Shown here: positions 1 to 12,900 of the stretch, one piece after another
Numbering within the stretch: position 1 is the first letter of the stretch
How the letters are laid out: each line of letters opens with the position of its first letter
NCBI GenBank assembly: GCA_002269645.1
Contig: NIVC01000441.1
Location: 356,406-420,405 of the forward strand
DNA length: 64,000 nt
Direction: 5' to 3'
DNA from: Macrostomum lignano
Lineage: Eukaryota
The notes under the pieces: model-generated
The model's database searches: none
The model's input: only the letters and a program-made list of their open reading frames with translations
Told to the model about the DNA's origin: nothing
Made by a program: the position numbers and the translations under genes

Positions 1-69
1 TGTGTTTAAAATAGCATGTTTAAAATTGACCAACAAAAAATACACAAAATTAAAAGACAATGTTTATAT

Positions 70-858
70 CAGGGATGTCCCAAAAGTAGTGTTACTTTTC
101 ACTATATCTCCTGTTCTGCTGATCCAAATAGCATCATTTTGCACAGATTTACAGCAACAACTCTCTTCTTTATATTAACTTCAACATCATTAAAAACAGA
201 CAATGGAAACAAAAGTTATAAACTAAAATGTAGCAGGACCTCGACCATAGACTTACAGTAAATAAACAAGTTAACAAAATTTTAAAAGTGTTAGCTCACA
301 AATGGGTAATTGGCTGTAATGAATACTGCAAAATGACTGTGGTGAATGACTTCAATAGACCCATGAGCCGATGAAAGTTGAACATGAATCTTAGTTAAAC
401 TGTGCCCTATCCTCCAAAGGGTATATAACACACTCCTCTGATCAACACTTGAATGCACATCCAGGACTTTTAGTGCATTAAAAGAAGAGAACAAAAAGCA
501 ATAAAGCTGAAGCCTAGTTTGAAATATTCTGTTGCTTTAAAAGCTATATGCTTCTCCAAGTTTTTCCATAGATATCACTTTGTCATAGCAACCTAACAAA
601 GAAGTCTAAGTTCATTCAATCCAAAGTACTTTTGCTACTTTCTGCTAGCTTGTCAAATTACTATAACTCTATGGTTGAGGTCCTGCTACATTTGAGTTCA
701 TAACTTTTGTTTCTATTAATCCATTGTTTGTTTTTAATAATTTTAAAGTTAATATGAAGAAAAGAGTTGCCACTATAAATCTGTGCAAAATGATTTTATT
801 CAGATCAGCAGAACAAGAGATATAATGAAAAGTAACACTACTTTTGGGACACCCCTTG
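70..858. mobile_element. Tc1/mariner-like non-autonomous element (MITE) with ~200-bp terminal inverted repeats
   Basis: 70..~270 is the reverse complement of ~650..858. Ends read CAGGGATGTCCCAAAAGTAGTGTTAC and CAAGGGGTGTCCCAAAAGTAGTGTTAC, both next to TATA. ORFs 16..261(+) and 669..983(-) give near-identical peptides (GCPKSSVTFHYISCSAD), confirming the inversion. No transposase. Confidence 0.8.
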
Positions 859-1861
859 TATATCACTATCAACTTTGGTTTACAATATTTGAGTATATAA
901 TGCACATAAAAATGATTATAAACCAAAGCTAGGTAAAAGTTAATATTGTAAAGGTAATCCCTATGTATTCCTTGTAAAGGCAAAAGTATTGCCAGCTTTA
1001 GTTTGCAATCATTTCAATAGAATACATGTATAGAAATGATCATAATAAACTAAAGGTAAAAGGATATAGCACTAAAGATTAATTTTAATAAGGCTAAGAG
1101 CTTCCATTTCCATTATGTTTCTATTTGAAAGTTTATAGATAAATAACATGGAATTGGAAGCCACAGTATAGTGGTCTCAATATTTCATATTTGCCCTTGA
1201 TCTAGAATGAGTAGCAGTTTTCTATGACTATTTGATATGCTTTTCTATAGCCAGCTTTGGTTTGCAATCATTTTAATAAAAAATGTATATTTGGATGATC
1301 ATAAAGCAAAGGTGATTATGAGCTACTAGCAAACTGATGTTTGAAAACATTTGACATTAAAAAACATTTACAATCATTTAAAACTACTGTTAGTTTTTAT
1401 GTTTTACAATGAGCAAAAATGGCCTATAATGTGATCATAAACTGAAATTAGCAAAATAGAAAATGATTGTAAACTGAAAGATTGCCCCTAATCTTACATT
1501 GACATTTTATCTCACATTTTAATTTTAATTTTAATTTTTGTCTTTTTTAGGTATTTCTACTTTGAATTAGATTTTTAGCTTCTAGACATATTTTAAAAAA
1601 GCAGGCTAGGCATAAAAGGTAAGCAGCCAGGCCTTATTACTTTAATTGAGATAGATAGAAAATGATCAGATAAAATATTTTGCTCTTTGATTAAATATGA
1701 TTAAATATCTTTGATTAAATATCTAATCAGCTAATTCCTTAGGAACATAAGGTAATAAATGGTCAAAGTGACTTAGAGAAAAAGAGAAGAAAAAAGTATA
1801 TAATCTTTAAATTAAAATACCAATAAATTATTTTTTTACTAAATAATATTCATACATATTA

Positions 1862-2650
1862 TCTCTACATATAAAAATTAAAACTCTGTCTGTTTATGTG
1901 TCTGTGTACAAATTTGATCGCTATGGACTCCCAAACCACTCAACCAAATGATACCAAGTTTTATACCCACCCTAAACTCACTATGGAGAATGTCTTAGGC
2001 TACCTTTAAATTTCCTAAATTTGAGTCTTCCCACCTAAAAGTGCAAAAAACTGCTCGAAATGCGAGATTTTTTTACTAAATCCTCCATAGCACTGCTCCA
2101 CTTCTACCGATCCTCTTCAAATTTGACACAATCAATTTTCAACTATTTTGACACAATCGTGTAAAATTTTGAATCTGAAAGTTAATCCTGAACGGCACTG
2201 TGCACTTTTAAAGTTAGGCTGTTTTTATTAGCAAGGTAGCCATCCCAACCTCCGCCCGCCTGCCTCTCTTTCCTGATCTGGGCAAAGGGTATAAGTAGGT
2301 TTTAAAATGCCTAACTTTCGGCTGCCATAGTTTTGCTCCACGTGAAGCGATTGACTTCAAATTTGACACAATTCTTTATTGACTCATTCTCTGCCTACAT
2401 GTAAAGTCTCAACTCTGTATCTCAATCAGGACAGAAACTGTAAGCATGTGAAGTTTGTCTGCTTTTTCTGTTGTTTGTGCCGCTCACTCACTCATTCCCC
2501 CAGCCAAGACAAAGGGTCAAGCAATAGGGCTCAATGTACTTAGCGAATGTACAGTGTTTTGGAATAACTTTTTAATAGCCTTCTTGGCACCCCACACGCG
2601 GAGAGGCTATGTTTAGACATGATGACAGTTTAGCCAGAGATTCAAACTAG
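1862..2650 (+). mobile_element. Non-autonomous Helitron-like element (degenerate)
   Basis: Starts A|TCTCTACATATAAAAAT followed by a TCTGTCTGTT-type motif and ends CTAG|T, i.e. inserted in AT. A motif (CATAG..GCTCCAC..CTTCAAATTTGACACAAT) is duplicated at ~2085 and ~2325. No clear subterminal hairpin. Confidence 0.5.
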
Positions 2651-3064
2651 TGTCTTCTGTATAGACAAGTATATAGCCGTTTAACAGTGGATGGCAAATC
2701 AAGGCGATATGGGATGGTTTGTAAAAATAGCGAAAAATTAATGAATAACTGATTAGTAGTGATTACAATGCAATCCTACTAAATTAGTTACACCATGAAA
2801 ATTTTAACATCAAGATTCGCATAAGGTACTTTAAAATTTAAATGGCTCCTAAGAAATATGTATTTCCTTGGTTGCTAGACTACTGTAGACTGTGGTGGTG
2901 GAGCTGGGCTAGAGGGAGATACGCAAATTCCTCTCAGGGCTGCTAATTGGCCAGAAATATGATGTGATTAAAGCATAACAACTATGAGAGTACTATGTCC
3001 CACAAACGCTTTCGAAGCGGGGATTGACAGACTTTAACCTCAAATGGCAGATAAAGAATCAAGC

Positions 3065-4425
3065 TCATGGCTGATGAGATGAGAGTGAAAAGGAGAAGGA
3101 ATAGACTATAAGAAAAGAGGAGAAGTGAGAGAAGGATAAGAGAAAAGATAGAAGACAAGAAGAGAGATGATGGGATAAGGATAAGGAGTGAGCAGATAAT
3201 ATTGGAGTAAGAAGCGAGAGGAAGGGAGAGAGAAGAGAGAGGAAAGAGTAGAAGTGAGAAGAGGGAGAGAGAAGATGGGAGAGATGAGACAGGATCGATG
3301 ACAGAGGAGAGCAGAGAAGAGTGAGAAGAGAGTAGAGATGAGAGATGAAAGAGGGGAGAGCAGAGTGCAGAAAGGCAAGAGAAGAGAATAGAGGGGAGAG
3401 GGTATAGAAGAGAGAAGAGAAGAGGAGTAAGGAAAGAGAGTAATCAGAAGAGGGTAAAGAGAAGAGTACACTGAAGATTAGAGAGTACAGATGGCAGAAA
3501 AGAGAGGGGATGAGAGTGAACACGATATCTAAGAGGAGAGAGGAGAGAGGAGTCAGATGAGGGGAAAGAGAAGAGTACAGAGGAGAGAGGTGAGAACATA
3601 CGAGTATACGAGAGTAAAGATGACAGATGAGAGAGGGAAGATAAGACTGGGAGAGCAAAGACGAGAGTGAACACACGAGAGATAGGAGAGTAGAGAGAAA
3701 AGAGGATTAGATAAGAAATAAGAGATGAGAGATGAAAGGTGAGACAAAGGGGGAGAGAGAGAGAGAAGTGAGTGAGGAAAGAGGAGGGGAAGGGAGAGAA
3801 TCAAGAGGACAGGGGAAAGAGGGGAAAGGATGAGAAAGGGGTGAGGAGAGAAAGGTAGAGAGCATGCAGAGAGAAATGAGAAGAGATAAGAGAGAAAAGA
3901 TAAAAGAAGAGAAAGGAGAGATAGATAAGAGAGCAAAGACAAGAGAGGAGAGGTGAAGGAAAAGATGATAGAAGAGAGGAGAGGAGAGAGACGAGAGAGT
4001 ACAGAGTACAGAGGAGGGAGGAGAGGAGAAAGGAGAGAGGAGAAGTGTTCAGAGAGGGTAGAGTAAGGAGTGAGAAGAGGGGAGAGGGAAGAGAGAATAG
4101 AGAGTAGAGAGCAGAGAGAAGATAGAGCAGAGAGCAGAGGGAAGATAGAGTAGAGAGCAGAGAGAAGAGAGAGTAGAGAGCAGAAAGAAAATAGAGTAGA
4201 GAGGAGAAAGTAGAAAGCAGAGAGAAAATAGAATAGAGAGCAAAGAGAAATGGGAAGAGATAAAACAGGAGAAAGGGAGAGATAAGAGAGCAGAGACGAG
4301 AGAGGAGAGGAGAGGAGAGAAAATAATAAGAGGGAATAGACAAGAGAAGAGGGTATAGAGGAGAGAGAGAAGAGCCCATAGACCAGAGAGAAGAGAGAAA
4401 ACAGAAGAGAAGGTAGAGATAGAAG
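3065..4425 (+). repeat. ~1.36-kb purine-rich (GA) low-complexity tract
   Basis: Overwhelmingly G/A on +. The Leu/Ser/Phe-rich minus-strand ORFs here are compositional artefacts. Confidence 0.9.
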
Positions 4426-4996
4426 TTTCTAAGGATCCAACTTCCAAGGGACACAAGGAGAGGCAGAGGCCATGAGTTTGCCTGACATTCTGTGCAGCAC
4501 CCCAATCAACAATATTAATGTTTGCTTCAAATACTAATTGTACATGAATGTACTCTATTTTATGTTTAACTCTATCCTAAATTCCTAACTATTAAAAAGT
4601 TTTTGTTTAAGTATGGGCTCAGATTTCAGAATACATGCAAAAATAGTTCCGGGGTTGGAATTCCCTGGGTTCAAATTCTGCGGGTTTCAACAGCTTGTAG
4701 CTATATATAGGCTTTCTAATTTAATTTAATTTGTAATTATAATAGTTGATAAAAAGACTAGCAAATCTTAAAAATTGAACTGCTATATAACAAATATAAA
4801 TATAAGATATCTTTTATCAAAATATTTGGAATCTAGTTAATGCTTTAAAAAAGAACCAAGTCAAGATATTAAACTAGATCATAGTCAACATGTTAAAACC
4901 TATCCTTACTAGTATATTGCAAATCAAATCAACATATTAAAACTAAAACCTAATATGCTAAGTCTTACATTGAGAGTTTAATATAGGGGTTTAATA

Positions 4997-5428
4997 CAGG
5001 ATTGGCAACCTTTTCAGAGCAAGGGCCAAAAGGCTATTTTTCAAGGGCTTAGTGGCCAATAAAAAAAATTGAAAAACTAAAATTGTTTCCTGCCAGTTTA
5101 AACAAACATTTTTCTAAATAGATGATGATAAAAACCTTAATCTCATCCAACCATTTAGGTTCCCTTACCCCAAAACCTACCTTGTTCTATCTCTTCTTAT
5201 TTCAACCCCAATAACTACCCCCTAGAAACACTTAGTGCACCTATCTTTCCCCCATAAAAGGCCAATATATGGATAAGAAAGGTGAGTATGAGAAAGAGAA
5301 AAAGAAAGAAGGTGGATTGAAATAGCAAGGGGCCAGATGCAATCCTATATCATTAAGGGCCTTAGGAGCCAGATTGGAAGGCTTCAGAGGCTAGATCTGG
5401 CCCTAGGGCCAAAGATTGCTAACCCTTA
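4997..5428. mobile_element. Degenerate hAT-like MITE
   Basis: Ends CAGGATTGGCAACC and GATTGCTAACCCTTA, subterminal GGGCCA/GGCCAGAT motifs, and imperfect 8-bp flanking duplication GTTTAATA/GTTTAGCA. Confidence 0.5.
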
Positions 5429-6059
5429 GTTTAGCATAAAATTAAACTAGTCTTAGCTTTCATTCTTTATATTGGCAATATAACTAGAAATTCAATGAAG
5501 TTGAAACTCTAGAGTGTTAAAACTAAAAGGGAGAGTAGAAAGAGACAAGCTTATATTTTGATAATAATTTGGATTTATATATTAGACCCATACATTTAGT
5601 CATTAGTGATTTACCCTGGCTATGCTACTTACTTATGAAAAAACCAAAGCAAAAATTAAATTTTTTTTGAATAAATGGCATTAGTAACTATGACTTTATA
5701 ATTAGGAATAAACACTTAGTCATCTAATTAGTACTTTGCCTATATTTTTGGGTGGGAGTTTTTGCAACTTACCTTGGCCAGATTGGTCACTATATTGTTA
5801 AACTGCAATCTTAAATATTACTTTTCACTAATATAAAGTCAGTCCATCTCATTGTATAAAGCATTTTTGTATCTTTCTGTGCTGATTGTTATTACTTTCC
5901 CAATTAACTACTTGCAGTAGTCAATTGATATTTGCTTGGGAACATTTTTGCAGAGCTGATTTAGAAAGCAAAATAGAATGTTTATTTTCTAGTGCTGCAT
6001 CCCTAGGCAATGTGAATAAGTCTTTTGTGACTCTCGGTTATATATTGTTGATCTCAGCT

Positions 6060-6387
6060 CTCTCTTGCCAACCTGATCTCGGGTCAAACATCTGGCTCAC
6101 TCAAGGTTTGTGTCTCTTCTCAGATCCCTTCTCTCTTATCTGCTCATCTCCTCTCCTCTCCTCATCTCCTCTCCCTCTCTTCACTCCTTTCCTCTCTCCT
6201 CTTCTCTCCCTTATCTCTCTCTTCTCCCCTTTTCGATTTAATCCCTCCTCTCGTTGCCTTGATTCCCTCGCCTCCTTTCCCTAACTCTTCTCTCTTCTCT
6301 ATTCCCTCTCCTCTCTCTCCTCTGGCCCGCAGTCATGCTTTAGGTTCTCTATCTGGCACTTGAGGTAAACAAGTTTGCCGACCCCTG
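6060..6387. mobile_element. hAT-like MITE remnant with CT-rich core
   Basis: Right end GTTTGCCGACCCCTG resembles hAT (Charlie/MER58-type) termini, with GGCCCGC upstream. Left end is degenerate. Pyrimidine-rich core ~6110-6320. Confidence 0.4.
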
Positions 6388-6908
6388 ATATAGATAAACG
6401 TTCCCTTTATGCTTGCTCCAAGTTTGCACACCTTGAGACTGAATTTCTGTCGGTTTTATCGTAATTCGCCTATAAATTACATTATCAATCGTAACGGGGA
6501 TTGAAATTGGGCTCAAAATCTAGCTATATACAAAATTTCCACTTGTGTGCGCATATAGGCTCTGTCGCATTTGTCGACTCTTGACAGCAGTGGATAGAGG
6601 GATAGAGAGTCAGCAGCTGCTTCTTTGCAAAGCAGTCGTCAAAAAAATGGACTCCCATTCAGTTCATTTTTTCTTATTGTCTTACTCCCTTCTATTCTGT
6701 CTCTGCTCCTTATATTCTTTTATTGGTTCAACCGGCTTAGTAAAGTAATACACACTAGTAGTAATATGCATGTAAGCGATCCATTCTGTCTCTCATATGC
6801 CATGCACACTGCATGCGATAGTCGATAAGTTATAACCGGCAACTCGCCAACTGCACCGCGTATTTCCAGCCGGCGGGAGAAAAGGTTCCGCAGTTTTCAC
6901 ACTGAGCA

Positions 6909-9900
6909 ATGAACGGCTGTCTGGGCGCTACCACCCAACAGCGGCGGTCGCATCACAGCCGACTGTCGCAGCTAGACGGAGCTGGCGCAAGCGGCTCTGA
7001 CTACTACAGCTATGTGGCCTCCTTCTCACCTGCTGCGGCTGCCGCTAGCAGGTTGGGCTTATTGCGACAGCGGCTGATTGCTAGGATTGGAGACCTGACT
7101 CTGCGTCAGGTGCATATCTGGTTAGTGCAGACTGGGCTATCCGGTTTTTATTCGAAGCTTGGTATTGATCTTGTAGCACTGTGAGATTGTTGCTCATCTG
7201 ATTGAATCATTGAGATTATTGCTCATCTGATTGCAGCACTGTGCGATTATTGCTCATCTGATTGCATCACTGTGCGATTGTTGCTCATCTGATCGAATCA
7301 CTGAGATTGTTGCTCATCTGATTGAATCATTGAGATTATTGCTCATCTGATTGCATCACTGTGAGATTGTTGCTCATCTGATTGCATCACTGTGCGATTG
7401 TTGCTCATCTGATCGAATCACTGAGATTGTTGCTCATCTGATTGAATCATTGAGATTATTGCTCATCTGATTGCAGCACTGTGCGATTATTGCTCATCTG
7501 ATTGCATCACTGTGCGATTGTTGCTCATCTGATCGAATCACTGAGATTGTTGCTCATCTGATTGAATCATTGAGATTATTGCTCATCTGATTGCATCACT
7601 GTGAGATTGTTGCTCATCTGATTGCATCACTGTGCGATTGTTGCTCATCTGATCGAATCACTGAGATTGTTGCTCATCTGATTGAATCATTGAGATTATT
7701 GCTCATCTGATTGCATCACTGTGAGATTGTTGCTCATCTGATTGCATCACTGTGAGATTGTTGCTCATCTGATTGAATCATTGAGATTGTTGCTCATCTG
7801 ATCGAATCACTGAGATTGTTGCTCATCTGATTGCATCACTGTGAGATTGTTGCTCATCTGATTGCATCACTGTGAGATTGTTGCTCATCTGATTGCATCA
7901 CTGTGAGATTGTTGCTCATCTGATTGCATCGCTGTGCGATTTTTGCTCACCTGATTGCATCAATGTGATTGATATAATTTTTGTTGTGCTTTTGTCACAG
8001 TATAATATTTAAAATATATTTCATGGATAATATGTGTTAGTCTGTGCCCTACGCAACTACTAGAATTAGCGAAAAAATCAATTATTTTCTTTATAAAACA
8101 TTATTTTTAGTTCTTTCCGCCCAAATTGAAAACTAAACCAGCCAGTGAGTTGTTTTCTGCATGGCATATTTTTATTCATATTTTTGTGTAGTAGATTAGC
8201 TCAGTTATTCCTAGATTAATCATGTTGTTACCTAGAAACTGCGGTGTTACTATTCAGTGTTTGAGAGAAACTTTCATACTATCTTTGTTTAATTTTGTTA
8301 TTTGGTCAGTTGCTGTGTACTTTAGCCTATTTATCTATATTGTGTATATACTGACCTATAGTATATGGTATATACCAAGGACAACTTAAAAACTTGAACT
8401 TTATCAAGTTGTCCTTGGTATATACTGAATATAGCTTTTTGCAGCCCATTAGGGCTTACGCGCATTGAATTGAATCCGAGATACGTTTGCCAATGTAATG
8501 GAGCTTTTGTCTATGGTGGCAGGGCTGGCACAGCGGCATTTCAAAAAGCATCAATTTGGTCCATAGCTTCATTTGCAACTGCTGCGGAGGAGCAAGATCA
8601 GCCCCAGAATTGTGGACCATGTGCCATTGGCTTGTGATCGAAGCACTCGACAGAGGTGAACACCTAAAAGACATTGCAAGGTTGCTGAATGTAAAAGAAA
8701 AGATGGTTTACAGCATCCATCAGCGCGTTGAAACTCTGCCGGCAGAGATTGCCTGCAAAGGGGTGGCAATCGCCAAGGCAACAACCCGCAGACGGTTTCA
8801 AGGGGGCCAGGAGTTTCTCCAATGGCTCACGAGCGTTTGGACCAAATTGATGCTTGTTGGACCGAATTGATGCTTGTTGGACCAAATTGATGCTTGTTGG
8901 ACCGAATTGATGCTTGTTGGACCAAATTGATGCTTGTTGGACCAAATTGATGCTTGTTGGACCAAATTGATGCTTGTTGGACCGAATTGATGCTTGTTGG
9001 ACCAAATTGATGCTTGTTGGACCGAATTGATGCTTGTTGGACCAAATTGATGCTTGTTGGACCAAATTGATGCTTGTTGGACCGAATTGATGCTTGTTGG
9101 ACCGAATTGATGCTTGTTGGACCAAATTGATGCTTGTTGGACCAAATTGATGCTTGTTGGACCGAATTGATGCTTGTTGGACCAAATTGATGCTTGTTGG
9201 ACCAAATGGATGCTTGTTGGAAATTGATGCTTGTTGGACCAAATTGATGCTTGTTGGACCAAATTGATGCTTGTTGGACCAAATTGATGCTTGTTGGACC
9301 AAATGGATGCTTGTTGGACCGAATTAAATGCTTGTTGGACCAAATTGATGCTTGTTGAACCGAATTGATGCTTGTTGGACCGAATTGATGCTTGTTGGAC
9401 CAAATTGATGCTTGTTGGACCAAATTGATGCTTGTTGGACCAAATTGTTGCTTTTTGGACCAAATTGATTCTTGTTGGACCAAATTGATGCTTGTTGGAC
9501 CAAATTGTTGCTTGTTGGACCAAATTGATGCTTGTTGGACCAAATTGTTGCTTGTTGGACCAAGTTGGTGCTTGTTGGACCAAGTTGATGCTTGTTGGAC
9601 CAAATTGATGCTTGTTGGACCAAATTATTGATTGTTGAACCAAATTGATGCTTGTTGGACCAAATTGATGCTTGTTGGACCAAATTGATGCTTGTTGGAC
9701 CAAATTGATGCTTGTTGGACCAAATTGTTGCTTGTTGGACCAAATTGTTGCTTGTTGGACCAAGTTGATGCTTGTTGGACCAAATTGATGCTTGTTGGAC
9801 CAAATTGTTGCTTGTTGGACCAAATCAAATGTCGCTGTGCCAGCCTTGCTACCATAGACAAAAGCACCGTTACATTGGCAGACTTATCTTGGATTAGATT

Positions 9901-12900
9901 TAATGTATGCGCACGACTACTAAATATACTTCAATCTATCTTAGGCCGTTTCTATTGGCAACACACACATGTAAGTCGCTATTGGCTGAGAGCAGTCACG
10001 TGACTACTATTCCGTCCAATAGCGACTTACATGCGTGTGTTGCCAATAGAAACGGCCGGGTGAATCCCTAGGTTGCGCCCAAGCATGCACGTAAGCCCCA
10101 ATTGACTGAAAAAGCTATATTCTCTGCAGTGCCATTGAAATATGTCATTTCCAATTGGACATTCTAGGGCAACGGTTCAACTCAGCTGGGCTACTCTAGT
10201 AGAATTTTTTGGCCCATTACGCGAAAAGCCGGGGGTTTTGGCCTTAGACAGTGGCTTCTGCAGCTCTCAAGCACTAGCACTAGAAGAAAAAACTGACTGT
10301 CAGCAGCAGCTAGTTGTCTCTGGCTCTAACCCCGGGGTTTTCGGGGTTAGGCGACGGTCGCTAAATACATTAGCAAATGCTGTAGTGACAGAATATAGTA
10401 CATAGATCTCTATTCTTGAGCGGGCCGGATTGCTATTGAGAAGTTTCAATGGCCGGATAGAGAGGCCTCGGGGGGGGTGGTCTCTTCATGGTTTGTTCGA
10501 CCAGTGACTCAAAACGGTAAGGTTAAAGGTACTAAAGCAGACAGAAACATATAGGACCTGATTTCTGCCATGGACTTGAGCTTTAACTCCTATTTTCAAT
10601 AATAATTGAATTGAAAATAATTAAATTAAAAAACGACTTAGTTATTTCGTGCATTTTTCTAGTATTCATTACAGTAGAGTGTAGCGAATTGATATTCGCA
10701 TTATCAATTTTGCACATTTTGTAATTTAGCATATGTTTCAACACCAACAATTTTCTGATGTCTTCATTGTTTCTGCTGTTTTGGCTATTAATCAGCTTTT
10801 TTGTTGGATTGGATAATAAGTTATCTATTCTCAGAGTTGTCTCACAGAATCACTGTTTCTTACAATTTGAAAACCTGTGCTTTCTGGTTTGCTATCTGGT
10901 CTATCAAAGTAATTTCACTACCCTAATCTATTGGATGGTATCTCTGGATCCCACACCCCATCGGATGGTATCTCTGGATCCCACACCCAATCGGATGGTA
11001 TCTCTAGATCCCACACCCAATCAAATGGTATCTCTGTATGCCACACCCAATCGGATGGTATATCTGGATCCCACACCCAATCGGATGGTATCTCTAGATC
11101 CCACACCCAATCAGATGGTATCTCTGTATGCCACACCCAATCGGATGGTATATCTGGATCCCACACCCAATCGGATGGTATCTCTGGATGCCAAAACCAA
11201 TCGGATGGTATCTCTGGATCCCACACCCAATCAGATGGTATCTCTGTATGCCACACCCAATCGGATGGTATCTCTGGATCCCACACCCAATCAGATGGTA
11301 TCTCTAGATCCCACACCCAATCAGATGGTATCTCTGTATGCCACACCCAATAGGATGGTATATCTGGATCCCACACCCAATCGGATGGTATCTCTGGATG
11401 CCAAAACCAATCAGATGGTATCTCTGGATCCCACACCCAATCGGATGGTATCTCTGGATGCCACACCCAATCGGATGGTATCTCTGGATCCCACACCCAA
11501 TCAGATGGTATTTCTGTATGCCACACCCAATCGGATGGTATATCTGGATCCCACACCCAATCGGATGGTATCTCTGGATGCCACACCCCATTTTAAACGA
11601 TATATATACTCAAAAAATCATAACTGATCCCCATACGTAAGCAATGCATTTCGTCTAACCTAAATTAAAAAATCCAGTGTCGTCGGCCTGTTGCTAAGCG
11701 CCTGCGCTTTTGTCTGCCTGCCAGCCCTGCTTGGCTACCTGCTGCACTCGGGCGCTGGCGAAGCTGCTGGGTCTCACAGTAACGGCTGGTGGCTGGGCCG
11801 CCTTCTGGCTAATCTGATTGGCTACGGGTCTGTGCTGCTGCCTCTGGGCGGCGTTGTGCAACTGGCTCAGGTGTGGGATTACGAAAGTCGCGGGCCAAGG
11901 TGAGTTTGATGAATCTGGATATTTTGCTGTTCATTTTTGTCTGATATTTAGTACTTTGATTATCGGGATAAAGTTTCAGCTCAAAATGAATTATCGGGAT
12001 ATTAAACTACCAGGGATTATCGGGGTGTTAAACTGCAAGGGATTATCGGGGTATTAAACTGCAAGGGATTATCGGGGTGTTAAACTGCAAGGGATTATCG
12101 GGTATTAAACTGCAAGGGATTATCGGGTATTAAACTGCAAGGGATTATCGGGTATTAAACTGCAAGGGATTATCGGGTATTAAACTGCAAGGGATTATCG
12201 GGTATTAAACTGCAAGGGATTATCGGGTATTAAACTGCAAGGGATTATCGGGTATTAAACTGCAAGGGATTATCGGATATTAAACTGCAAGGGATTATCG
12301 GGTATTAAACTGCAAGGGATTATCGGGTATTAAACTGCAAGGGATTATCAGGTATTAAACTGCAAGGGATTATCAGGTATTAAGCTGCCATGGATTATCA
12401 GGAGTATAAGGCTACTGTTGATTATCAGGAGTATTAGGCCTCTGTTGATTATCAGGAGTATTAGACTACTATTGATTATCAGGAGTATTAGGCTACTGTT
12501 GATTATCAGGAGTATTAGGCTACTGTTGATTATCAGGAGTATAAGGCTACTGTTGATTATCAGGAGTATTAGGCTACTGATGATAATCAGGAGTATTAGG
12601 CTACTGTTGATTATCAGGAGTATTAGGCTACTGATGATTATCAGGAGTATTAGGCTACTGATGATAATCGGTGGTAGAATGGGTGATAATTGGGGAAAAA
12701 TAACTAGCCACTTGGTTATTAATTATATTTAAGATTATTAAACTAGTGATTAAAGGGAATAATAGTCTACTGGTGATTATTGTGAATAATAATGACAGAC
12801 TGTCAGAGATTAGTCAGTCTAAATTATCTATACTAAGGATTAAGGCGGTTCGGGTCAATCATACAGCTGTATTTAGTAGGCACATTTTTTCCACGTTTGC

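Noticed and set aside
3068-3092. Hammerhead ribozyme core (CTGATGA...GAAA)
   Set aside because: The intervening bases cannot form stem II.
8664-9867. Repetitive minus-strand ORFs ([15 protein letters not shown])
   Set aside because: Artefacts of the 20-nt array.
10220-10345. Short imperfect inverted repeat (CGAAAAGCCGGGGGTT / AACCCCGGGGTTTTCG)
   Set aside because: Only 16 bp with mismatches and no TSD; too weak to call.
10758-11627. 289-aa ORF or alternative SLC35B2 first exon
   Set aside because: Mostly 30-nt repeat. The donor at 10909 is phase 1, incompatible with the phase-2 acceptor at 11677.
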